From Gemmatimonadota bacterium (GTDB taxonomy: Bacteria; Gemmatimonadota; Gemmatimonadetes; Gemmatimonadales; Gemmatimonadaceae): 64,000 nt of DNA. The notes under the pieces were generated by a model. That model was not told where the DNA came from and did no database searches. It saw nothing but the letters and a program-made list of their open reading frames with translations. Location: NCBI GenBank assembly GCA_021324635.1, contig JAJPIS010000070.1, positions 7,061 through 71,060 on the forward strand. Direction: 5' to 3'. Of this stretch, positions 52,527 to 60,467 are shown piece after piece; the stretch's first letter is position 1; every line of letters starts with the position of its first letter. A program made the position numbers and the translations under genes.

Positions 52527-53681
52527 ATGATCATCATCACCAAGCCCGACATTGCCCCCTCCGCCTTCGACGCCATCCTCGAGCGGATCGAGCGGGCCGG
52601 GCTCGTCGCTCACGTGAGCCGCGGCACCGAGCGGATCGTCATCGGGTGCGTGGGTGACGAGCGCGCGCTTGAAGACGTGCCGCTCGCCGCGCTGCCGGGC
52701 GTCGATCGTGTCATGCCCGTGCTCAAGCCCTACCGGCTCGCCTCGCGAGAGACCCGCGCCGCGCCCGAGGCGACGACCGAAGTCGTCCTTGGCGTCGAGA
52801 GTGGTGCGGACCCCTGCGTCGTGGGCGGGCGCGCCCTCGCCATCATTGCGGGGCCGTGTTCCGTCGAGGGGCGTGAGATGCTCCACGACACCGCCGGCGC
52901 CGTTCGTGGCGCGGGTGCGTCGGCGCTCCGGGGTGGTGCGTACAAGCCGCGCACCTCGCCGTACGCCTTCCAGGGGATGGGCGCGCCCGGACTCGAGCTG
53001 CTGGCCGACGTTCGTGCGAGCACCGGGCTGCCGGTCGTGAGTGAAGTGATGGATCCGCGGCAAGTCGAGTCGATGGCGGGCGTCGTCGACTGCCTGCAAG
53101 TGGGCGCGCGCAACATGCAAAACTTCGCCCTGCTCGCCGAAGTCGGGACCGCGCGCGTTCCCGTGCTCCTCAAGCGCGGACTGTCGGCGACCGTGCACGA
53201 GCTGCTGATGGCTGCCGAGTACGTGCTCTCCCGCGGCAACCCCCACGTGATCCTCTGCGAGCGCGGTATCCGCACCTTCGAGACCGCCACCCGGAACACC
53301 CTCGACGTCGCGGCGATCCCCGTGCTGCGGGCCGAAACCCACCTGCCCGTGCTCGTCGACCCGAGCCACGCGGGAGGGAAAGCGGCGCTCGTGGCGCCAC
53401 TCGCGTACGCCGCCATCGCCGCCGGTGCCGACGGGTTGATCGTCGAAGTGCACCCCGATCCGTCGGCCGCTCGATCGGACGGCGAGCAGAGCCTCACCTT
53501 CGAGCAGTTCCGGGCGATGATGGTGCACCTCGGCGCATTCGCCGCCGCCGCCGGGCGGACGATGGGGCACGTGGGCGCCGGCTCGGCGGCGCGCTCCGGC
53601 GTCGTGGCCGGACGTGGTGCGCTCGGGGTGGCGCTTCCCGCCCGGAGCGGGTCGCGGACGGGCGGAGGCGCGGCCGCGTGA
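52527..53681 (+). CDS. 3-deoxy-7-phosphoheptulonate (DAHP) synthase, type I-beta, with N-terminal ferredoxin-like regulatory domain
   Basis: MIIITKPD...VIGCVGDE...[11 protein letters not shown], then [65 protein letters not shown]. Collinear with the Thermotoga-type enzyme. Confidence 0.9.
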   Translation: MIIITKPDIAPSAFDAILERIERAGLVAHVSRGTERIVIGCVGDERALEDVPLAALPGVDRVMPVLKPYRLASRETRAAPEATTEVVLGVESGADPCVVGGRALAIIAGPCSVEGREMLHDTAGAVRGAGASALRGGAYKPRTSPYAFQGMGAPGLELLADVRASTGLPVVSEVMDPRQVESMAGVVDCLQVGARNMQNFALLAEVGTARVPVLLKRGLSATVHELLMAAEYVLSRGNPHVILCERGIRTFETATRNTLDVAAIPVLRAETHLPVLVDPSHAGGKAALVAPLAYAAIAAGADGLIVEVHPDPSAARSDGEQSLTFEQFRAMMVHLGAFAAAAGRTMGHVGAGSAARSGVVAGRGALGVALPARSGSRTGGGAAA

Positions 53682-53724
53682 CCGTCTCGCGCGCCGGGCG
53701 GCCGCGCACCGGCTCGGTCGTGCG

Positions 53725-54312
53725 GTGACCTCTGAGGGCGGCTATCGTCCGCCCGGCCGCCTCCGCGTCGCGTACCAGGGGGAGCCGGGCGCCTTCAGCG
53801 AAGTGGCGATCGCGCAGCTCTGGGGTCGCGCGGGGGACGGCGTGTCACGGCACGACTTCCCGGACGTCGTCCGCGCCGTCGTGGACGGGGCGGCCGACGC
53901 CGGCGTGCTCCCCGTGTGGAACGCCGTCGTCGGGCGGATCGCGTCGAGCGTGGCCGCGCTGCGTGAAACGCGGGCGCTCGCCGTGGTGGGGGAGACCGAA
54001 GTCGCGGTCCGGCTGCAACTGCTCGCGCTCCCCGGCGTGCCGGCGTCGGTGCTCTGCCGCGTCGCCAGCCATCCCGTGGCGCTCGGGCAGTGTGGGCGCT
54101 ATCTGGCCCGGCATCCCGGTCTTGCGCCGGTGCTCGCGCACGACACCGCCGGCGCGGCCCGCGCGGTCGCGGAGTCCGGCGATCCCCGGAGCGCCGCGAT
54201 CGCCGGCCCGGCCGCGGCCGAGCGTTACGGGCTCGTCGTCCTGGCTGACCGGATCGCCGACCGGTCCGACAATCGGACCCGGTTCGTCGCCGTCGTGCGT
54301 CGCACCGGATAG
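53725..54312 (+). CDS. pheA: prephenate dehydratase catalytic (PDT) domain only, no ACT domain
   Basis: LRVAYQGEPGAFSE, GVLPVWNAVVGRI, ASHPVALGQC, NRTRFVAV, then a stop where the ACT domain normally begins. Confidence 0.8.
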   Translation: MTSEGGYRPPGRLRVAYQGEPGAFSEVAIAQLWGRAGDGVSRHDFPDVVRAVVDGAADAGVLPVWNAVVGRIASSVAALRETRALAVVGETEVAVRLQLLALPGVPASVLCRVASHPVALGQCGRYLARHPGLAPVLAHDTAGAARAVAESGDPRSAAIAGPAAAERYGLVVLADRIADRSDNRTRFVAVVRRTG

Positions 54313-54325
54313 GGGCGCTCGCGCC

Positions 54326-54580
54326 TCAGGCAGCCGGCGGCGGATCGCGCCGACTCGGGTGCGGCAGGATCAGCACGCAGCGCTCCCGGCGGGCCCGCGG
54401 GTTCCTGACGGGGGCGGTGACCCATCCGCCCATGTCCGGTCGTCGGGGGACCGGCGCATAGGCCGTGTGTCGGACGATCGTGTCCGCGACATCGACCCAT
54501 CCCCATTCCTGTCCCGGAATGAGGACGCGGAGCGACGGATCGAGACCTTCGAGGGCGGCGTAGAGCTGAGCGATAGTCAC
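54326..54580 (-). CDS. small hypothetical protein
   Basis: MTIAQLYAALEGLDPSLRVLIPGQEWGWVDVADTIVRH... The first half has ordinary composition and the second half is Arg/Pro-rich. No family recognised. Confidence 0.35.
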   Translation of the reverse strand: MTIAQLYAALEGLDPSLRVLIPGQEWGWVDVADTIVRHTAYAPVPRRPDMGGWVTAPVRNPRARRERCVLILPHPSRRDPPPAA

Positions 54581-54602
54581 GGGTAGAGCCGAAGGGGCAG
54601 GA

Positions 54603-54640
54603 GGAGTCGTCGGGAGTCGTCGGGAGTCGTCGGGAGTCGG
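54603..54640. repeat. 10-bp tandem repeat GGAGTCGTCG x3 plus a partial copy
   Basis: Read directly: 54603-54612, 54613-54622, 54623-54632, then ggagtcgg. Intergenic. Confidence 0.9.
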
Positions 54641-54758
54641 CCCACGCGGGCCGCTACTTACTAACTCTCCGCCGACGGCCTCTTCCCCTCGCTCGGCGCC
54701 GACCCGCGGGGTCGCCTGGCGCCGGGTCGACCCCCGATCAACACCTGGTCAGCCCCGG

Positions 54759-55022
54759 TCAGCGCTCGCGGTCGGACTCCGAGAGCAGCCGCGCCGGCGG
54801 CACCTTGAGAGCCCGCGCGAGCTTCTCGATCGTGTCGAGTGACGGGTTGGCGAGACCGCGTTCGACCAGGCTGATGAACGTCCGGTGCATGCCGACGGCG
54901 TGCGCGAGCGACTCCTGCGAGTACGACGTCTGCGTCTTGCGGAGATGGGCGACCGTCCGTCCGAAGCGCACGCGCAGCGGTGGCATGGTGCAATGGTGCA
55001 CCCGCCCCGGTGCATCGGCCAC
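54759..55022 (-). CDS. XRE-family HTH transcriptional regulator
   Basis: FGRTVAHLRKTQTSYSQESLAHAVGMHRTFISLVERGLANPSLDTIEKLARAL. The start is the GTG at 55022 or the ATG at 54986. Confidence 0.8.
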   Translation of the reverse strand: MADAPGRVHHCTMPPLRVRFGRTVAHLRKTQTSYSQESLAHAVGMHRTFISLVERGLANPSLDTIEKLARALKVPPARLLSESDRER

Positions 55023-55034
55023 AGCATATATAGC

Positions 55035-55102
55035 GCCACTATATACAGTGCATCACACGCATCGGCGCGCGCGGCGGCGACGCTTGCACTATATGTAGTG
55101 CA
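55035..55102. promoter_or_regulatory. two TGCACT-N6-AGTGCA-type palindromes in the divergent XRE / sigma promoter region
   Basis: Site 1 at 55035-55052 is GCCACTATATACAGTGCA (reverse complement TGCACTGTATATAGTGGC). Site 2 at 55085-55102 is TGCACTATATGTAGTGCA. Centres are 50 bp apart in the only AT-rich patch of this region. Confidence 0.45.
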
Positions 55103-55405
55103 GCGTGAGATTGGCGCCCATGTGGTGCGCGGGGGCGACGGGGCGCTGCTCGGGGCGAGTTCGCCGTCGTCCGGCGGCTGGCCGGTCAGCCGGTGACGGC
55201 ACGCTGACGCGTCGGCGTGAGTGTCGGGTCCATGATCGCTCCCCCGCGGCGGACGCGGCGTCTTCCTCGTGGCGGCATTGGCGAGCGGCCGGTCGCTCCC
55301 TGGCCTGGTGCGGCGGGCTCGGCGCGCGGGCGTCGTGCCCGGCGGGCGCGGGGGGCCGACGGCGGTCCGCTCGGCGCGGGGTTGCCGGCCGGTGTCCTGG
55401 TCTGG

Positions 55406-56170
55406 ATGGACCGGGAGTGGGCCTCCGTCGTGGCTGAGCTGGCGCGGTGGGTCGCCGAGGGAGCGGGAGGCGGTGCGGGGGAGGGGGGTCGGGGCGGCGG
55501 GGGCGGCGGGGGCGACACCAGGCGCGACGCGGTGGACGACGCCGCGCTCCTCGCGCGGATCATGGCGGGCGACGAGCGCGCGCTCGAGGCGCTCTTCCTC
55601 GCGCATGCCAGTCGGCTGTATCGCGTGGCCTATCCGTATCTCCAGTCCGGGTGGGCGGCGCGGGCGGTCGTGCAGGACATCTTCACCAGCCTGTGGAACC
55701 GGCGTGCGGATCTCGACGTGCACGGCTCGGTGACGGTGTATCTGACCGCCGCCACGCGCAACCGCGCGATGTCGGTGCTCCGGGAGGAGATCCGCCGGCG
55801 GGAGCGCGACGGGCGATGGGCACAGTGGGCGGCGGCCGAGTGGGAGGCGGGAGACGCCGGCCGGGTGACGGCGGGCGAGGCAGGGTGGGCCGGACAGCGG
55901 GCTGGCGGTGCCGCGTCGAGCGCCGGCGCTGCCATGCGGTCCGCGATCGAGCGCGCGCTCGCCGAGCTCCCCGAGCGTCAGCGGCTCGTTTTCCGGCTCC
56001 GGGTGGAGCGACAGCTGACGAGCGCCGAGGTCCGCGACGCGATCGGCGCCGTGTCGGTCAAAGCCGTCGAGCTCCTGTATGCGCGGGCCGTGAAGTCGCT
56101 GCGGGCGCGCCTCATGCCCGACCGTGGGAACGATCCCGAGCGCTCGTCCGACCCCGAGCGCGAGGGATAG
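55406..56170 (+). CDS. ECF sigma factor (FecI-like)
   Basis: ALEALFLAHASRLYRVAYPYL...VQDIFTSLWNRR (region 2), LPERQRLVFRLRVERQLTSAEVRDAIGAVSVKAVELLYARAVKSLR (region 4). Start uncertain; the GTG at 55532 is also possible. Confidence 0.8.
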   Translation: MDREWASVVAELARWVAEGAGGGAGEGGRGGGGGGGDTRRDAVDDAALLARIMAGDERALEALFLAHASRLYRVAYPYLQSGWAARAVVQDIFTSLWNRRADLDVHGSVTVYLTAATRNRAMSVLREEIRRRERDGRWAQWAAAEWEAGDAGRVTAGEAGWAGQRAGGAASSAGAAMRSAIERALAELPERQRLVFRLRVERQLTSAEVRDAIGAVSVKAVELLYARAVKSLRARLMPDRGNDPERSSDPEREG

Positions 56171-56232
56171 ATGACGGGCGGCGCGGGCGCCGTCCGTGAG
56201 GGGTCGCCGCCTTCGGCGGCGACTACTGAGAT

Positions 56233-57465
56233 GTGAGCGACACGCCCGCACCGTCCCGGCGCCCCGAGGCGTCGCCCGAGCGATCGAGCGCGGTCCCGAG
56301 CGTCGGGGAGCCGCTGTCGGGGGTCGACGTGGATGCGTTGCTCGCGGCCTTCCTCGCCGGGACGTTGCCGGCGGCCGACCGCGGGCATTTCGAGCGGTGG
56401 CTCGACGCGGAGCCCGGTCGGCGGGCGATCGTCGCGGCGCTGCGGGGCGGGGGCGTGGAGCGGGCGGGTGCGGGTGAGGCGGGGGTGCGCACGCCTGCCG
56501 TGCTGCCCGGTCCCATCGACGTGCACGCATGGTGGCGAGCGGTCGGCGCCTCCCTGGTGAGTGCAGGTGATGGGGCGGCTGTGCGGGATGCACCGCGTCG
56601 CGCGCCGCTGGCGGTCGTGCGGTCGGAGCGGGCGGTGGCCGCTGAGCGACCGCGGTCCACGCCGGTCCTCCGGCGGTGGCACGGCCGGCCGGCGCGGCTG
56701 GGGCGCCCGGTCTGGTGGGCTGCGGCGGCGGCAGTCGTCGTCGGGGCGGCGTGGCTCGAGGCACGCGTGGGGCCGTGGGCCGGTCCGGGGTCAGCGCACG
56801 GCGCGGCGGTGCGCACGTACGTCACCGCGCGCGGTGAGCGGGCGGTGCTGACGCTCGAGGGGGCGCGGGTCGTGCTCGCGCCGGAGAGCGAGCTCCGAGT
56901 GGGGGCGGACTATGGCGATCGGGTGCGCGCCGTGACTCTTCAGGGCCACGCGTTTTTCGACGTCGTGCACGACTCCGCTCGGCCCTTTCGGGTTCGCACG
57001 CAGTCGCTCGTGACCGAGGACATGGGGACGCGGTTCGACATTCGCGCGTATCCGGGCGGCGCGGCCGCGCAGGTGATCGTCGCGGACGGCAGCGTCGCCG
57101 TCGCTCGCCCTGCGGGGGGTGCGGTGGAGCGGCTGGTTGGTGCCACGATCGTGCGGCGTGGATCCCGGATGATGCTCGACACCTCGGGGGCGATGCGTGT
57201 CGTGAGCGGGCTCGCCGTCGAGCGGGACATCGCGTGGGCGGACGGGCGATTGGCGTTCGTGGACGTGCCGCTCGGCGATGTGGTGCGTGAGCTGGGCCGA
57301 TGGTACGACGTCGACTGGCGGCTTGCGGATCCCGACCTGCGGACGCGTCGGCTGACGGCGACGTTCGCGGGCGATCCGGTGGAGGATGTCGTGCACGCGA
57401 TCGAGCGTGCGTTGGGTGTGCGAGCGCGGTGGAGTGGGCGGACCGTCACCCTCTTTCCGCCCTAG
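56233..57465 (+). CDS. FecR-family anti-sigma / signal transducer
   Basis: N-terminal anti-sigma helix LLAAFLAGTLPAADRGHFERWL, TM segment VWWAAAAAVVVGAAWL, and a FecR domain (VLTLEGARVVLAPESELRV...HAFFDVVHDSARPFRVRT...TRFDIRAY). Confidence 0.8.
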   Translation: MSDTPAPSRRPEASPERSSAVPSVGEPLSGVDVDALLAAFLAGTLPAADRGHFERWLDAEPGRRAIVAALRGGGVERAGAGEAGVRTPAVLPGPIDVHAWWRAVGASLVSAGDGAAVRDAPRRAPLAVVRSERAVAAERPRSTPVLRRWHGRPARLGRPVWWAAAAAVVVGAAWLEARVGPWAGPGSAHGAAVRTYVTARGERAVLTLEGARVVLAPESELRVGADYGDRVRAVTLQGHAFFDVVHDSARPFRVRTQSLVTEDMGTRFDIRAYPGGAAAQVIVADGSVAVARPAGGAVERLVGATIVRRGSRMMLDTSGAMRVVSGLAVERDIAWADGRLAFVDVPLGDVVRELGRWYDVDWRLADPDLRTRRLTATFAGDPVEDVVHAIERALGVRARWSGRTVTLFPP

Positions 57466-57692
57466 GCAGCGGTAGCGCGCGGCCGTCGACCTGGCCCGGC
57501 CGGTATCGGACACGCCGCGCGCGTTCACGAGACCAATTCACGATCAACCGCCCACGGGAGTGGGGGGGAGCTATGCGTCATCTCTGTGGTCGCGGTGATG
57601 CCGACCGGGGTGCGTGCGAGCGCGCGGGTCGGCGTGGCGAGGGGGAGCAAGAGGCGGGTCGGGCGGCGCCGGCGGGGCGGGCGGTGTCGCTG

Positions 57693-60467
57693 ATGGCACG
57701 GTGGGCGGTCGTCGTGCTCCTCGAGTTGCTCGGGGCGGTGTACGGCGGCGTGCTCGTCGCGCAGACGCGGGGAGGGGTGGCGGGTGGCGAGCAGGTGACG
57801 CTCGCCGAGCGGGGCCCGCGATTCTACTGGTGGGCGCCGGACGGCGGCGGGGCGAGCGGCCGGGCGGGCCGGCCGGTGCGGGTCGAAGCGCGGGGCGTGG
57901 CCGTGCTCCGGGCGCGGATCGGTGTCGCGCTCGAGGACGCGACGCTCCCCGCCGCGCTCTCCGCGATCGGTGCGCAGGCGGGGCTGCGGCTCGTGTACGA
58001 CCCGTCCATCCTCCCGCGGGACGCTCGCGTCTCGCTCCGGGCGGAGGACATCACCGTTGCCGCCGCGCTCACCCACGTGCTCCTCGACGCGAACGTCGAT
58101 GTCGAGCTGGGTCCGGGTTCGATCGCCACCCTGACCGCGCGCCGTGGCAGCGCGGCCGCGCGTCCGCCGGCGACCGGGTCCGTCGCGGGCCACGTGACCG
58201 ACGTCAGGACCGGCCGCCCGGTGCCGTACGCTACCGTGCAGCTCGTCGGGACCGGCCGCGGCGCCTCGGCGACCGACAGCGGCACCTATCGGATCGCCAA
58301 CGTGCCGCCGGGGGCCTACACCCTCGAAGCGCGCGCCCTCGGCTACACGCCCGCTCGCCAGCCGGTGACCGTGTCCGCCGACCAGGTCACGGTCAGCGAC
58401 ATCGCCATCGAACGGTCCGCGAGCCAGATGGACCAGGTCGTGGTGACGGGGACCGTTGCCCCAACCGCCGTGCGGGCGGTTTCCACGCCGATCACGGTCG
58501 TGACCGCGTCTGAGATCCGCGATGAGCATCCGCGGACGATTGACCAGATCTTCCGTGAGGCCGTTCCCAGCGGCGTCGCCTGGGACCCCACCTCGAATCC
58601 CGAGAGTACACCGATCACCGTGCGAGGGGCGAGCACCCTCAACGCGGCTTCGGGGAGCGTCAAGATCTATCTCGACGGCGTCGAGGTCAGCGACCGAAGC
58701 TTTGCCGCGATCGACCCCAACAGCATCGACCATATCGAAGTGGTGCGTGGCCCGCAGGCTGGGACGCTCTACGGGTCGGACGCGATCGGAGGCGTCATGC
58801 AGGTCTTCACGAAGCGTGGGGACCCGGGGCTCAAAGTTCCTCTGATCGAGGCGTCGGCGGCGGCCGGGACGGCCCAGAGCCCGTACCGGGGGTACAGCGG
58901 GGCGATGCGCGAGGAATTCAGCGCATCGGTGCGAGGGGGAACGCCCGACATCGGCTACAATCTCGGCGCCGGCTATCAGCACACAGATGCCTGGGTGCTC
59001 GAGGGGCAGGCGGCGATCCCTAGCCTGTACGGCGGGATGCGATTCACGCAGGGGCCGCTTTCGATCGACCTGACGGCGCGCTACTACAGCCAACAGACCC
59101 CGCAGGCGGGTGACCCGCGGCTGGCCGCCACCGGGGATCCGTACTATTCCAAGCCATTCTACGTCCAGCAGACGTCGACCGAGGAGACATACGGCGCCCA
59201 CATCGTGTACGCGGCAAGTGACCGCTGGCGGCATACCGTCACGATCGGCGTCGACCGGTTCAGTGATGACGGACGCCAGCTTCAGCGTCGCTTCACGACG
59301 CCGGCCGATACCGAGCTATTCGTCGTTGGAGAGCAAGAGCCCAAGGCATCGCTCGGGTACAACACGTCTTTCACGATGCCGCTGTCCAGGAGTATCGGAA
59401 GCACGGTCACCGCCGGCGTGGACCACTACACCCTTACGACAACCGACTTCTTCACGACAGGCGCTCTGGCGTCGGCCGGCACCATTCCGTTCGATCCGGC
59501 GGTTCCGCCTTCGATCGCACGGAACGTGACGCAGAACACCGGTTATTTCGGGCAACTGCAGCTCGCGGTCGGTGGCGCGCTGTTCCTCACAGGTGGATTG
59601 CGTGCAGAGCAGAACTCGAACTTCGGCCGAGCGCTCGGCACTCCACTCTCCCCGCGGTTTGGGGTCGCATACGTGCGCACGTTCGGCGCGACGACACTAA
59701 AGACTCGGGGCTCGTACGGTGAAGCGATTCATCCGCCCGACCCGAGCGAGAAGGACGCCATCGCGTTCGCGACAAACCTCCAGCTTGCGAACCCCCGGCT
59801 CGGTCCCGAACGGCAGCGTGGGTGGGACGCGGGGGTGGACATCGCGGTCGGGTCCAGGGCGACATTCGGCGCTACGTACTACGATCAGGTCGCGGCGGAC
59901 CTGATCTCGACGGTGCCCGTCAGTGCGCAGAATCAGAACTATCAATTCCAGAACGTCGGTCGCGTGCACAATACTGGGATCGAGCTGGAGGGGAGCTACT
60001 CGGCCGGTCCGGTGATCCTTCGGGGCCAGTACGCATACACGAGGAGCCGGGTCAATTCCGTCGGTGCCAACTACACCGGAGATCTGCGGGTTGGGGACCA
60101 GGCCTGGCTGGTACCTCATTCGACGGCCGGCGCATCCGCGACCGTGAATGTGCTGCGGCGGACGAACGTGACGCTCGGGCTCAGCGCCGTCAGCAGTTGG
60201 ACGTACTACGACCTGTTCACCGAGTTCAAGTGCTTCGCTGGCTCGGCTGTCGGCTCGAGCGCGTGCCCGACCACCACGCGAGGCTTCCTCGTGCGATACC
60301 CCGGGTTCGCGAAGGTACGCCTCGGCGTGGACCAGGAGATCACTTCGCGGCTCTCTGCCTTTGTCGCGGTCGACAACCTCACGGACAACCAGAACTATGA
60401 GCTGATCAACACGTCCCCGGTGCTCGGTCGGATCACGATGCTCGGCATCAGAGTGCGGGCAAGATGA
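57693..60467 (+). CDS. TonB-dependent receptor of the signalling type (STN domain + carboxypeptidase-regulatory-like domain + plug + barrel)
   Basis: STN: LPAALSAIGAQAGLRLVYDPSIL. CarbopepD_reg: GSVAGHVTDVRTGRPVPYATVQLVGTGRGASATDSGTYRIANVPPGAYTLEARALGY. Plug: VVVTG...ITVVTASEI, ITVRGASTLN, IDHIEVVRGPQAGTLYGSDAIGGVMQVFTK. Ends MLGIRVRAR. Confidence 0.85.
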   Translation: MARWAVVVLLELLGAVYGGVLVAQTRGGVAGGEQVTLAERGPRFYWWAPDGGGASGRAGRPVRVEARGVAVLRARIGVALEDATLPAALSAIGAQAGLRLVYDPSILPRDARVSLRAEDITVAAALTHVLLDANVDVELGPGSIATLTARRGSAAARPPATGSVAGHVTDVRTGRPVPYATVQLVGTGRGASATDSGTYRIANVPPGAYTLEARALGYTPARQPVTVSADQVTVSDIAIERSASQMDQVVVTGTVAPTAVRAVSTPITVVTASEIRDEHPRTIDQIFREAVPSGVAWDPTSNPESTPITVRGASTLNAASGSVKIYLDGVEVSDRSFAAIDPNSIDHIEVVRGPQAGTLYGSDAIGGVMQVFTKRGDPGLKVPLIEASAAAGTAQSPYRGYSGAMREEFSASVRGGTPDIGYNLGAGYQHTDAWVLEGQAAIPSLYGGMRFTQGPLSIDLTARYYSQQTPQAGDPRLAATGDPYYSKPFYVQQTSTEETYGAHIVYAASDRWRHTVTIGVDRFSDDGRQLQRRFTTPADTELFVVGEQEPKASLGYNTSFTMPLSRSIGSTVTAGVDHYTLTTTDFFTTGALASAGTIPFDPAVPPSIARNVTQNTGYFGQLQLAVGGALFLTGGLRAEQNSNFGRALGTPLSPRFGVAYVRTFGATTLKTRGSYGEAIHPPDPSEKDAIAFATNLQLANPRLGPERQRGWDAGVDIAVGSRATFGATYYDQVAADLISTVPVSAQNQNYQFQNVGRVHNTGIELEGSYSAGPVILRGQYAYTRSRVNSVGANYTGDLRVGDQAWLVPHSTAGASATVNVLRRTNVTLGLSAVSSWTYYDLFTEFKCFAGSAVGSSACPTTTRGFLVRYPGFAKVRLGVDQEITSRLSAFVAVDNLTDNQNYELINTSPVLGRITMLGIRVRAR

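Noticed and set aside
55035-55102. Resemblance of TGCACTGTATATAGTG to the gammaproteobacterial SOS box (CTGT-N8-ACAG)
   Set aside because: The spacing is different (CACT-N6-AGTG). The adjacent regulator is a short XRE protein without a LexA S24 peptidase domain, and no SOS genes are nearby.
54749-56764. 671-aa minus-strand ORF covering the sigma and FecR genes. Similar giant ORFs occur at 51309..53570, 36358..38001, 20211..21983, 2496..3926, 11841..13589, 13914..15353, 25697..27016, 44274..45752, 50486..51880 and 57525..59234.
   Set aside because: They have extreme Arg/Pro/Gly/Ala composition, no recognisable motifs, and each lies antisense or off-frame to a gene with clear family signatures. 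These are typical shadow ORFs of very GC-rich DNA.
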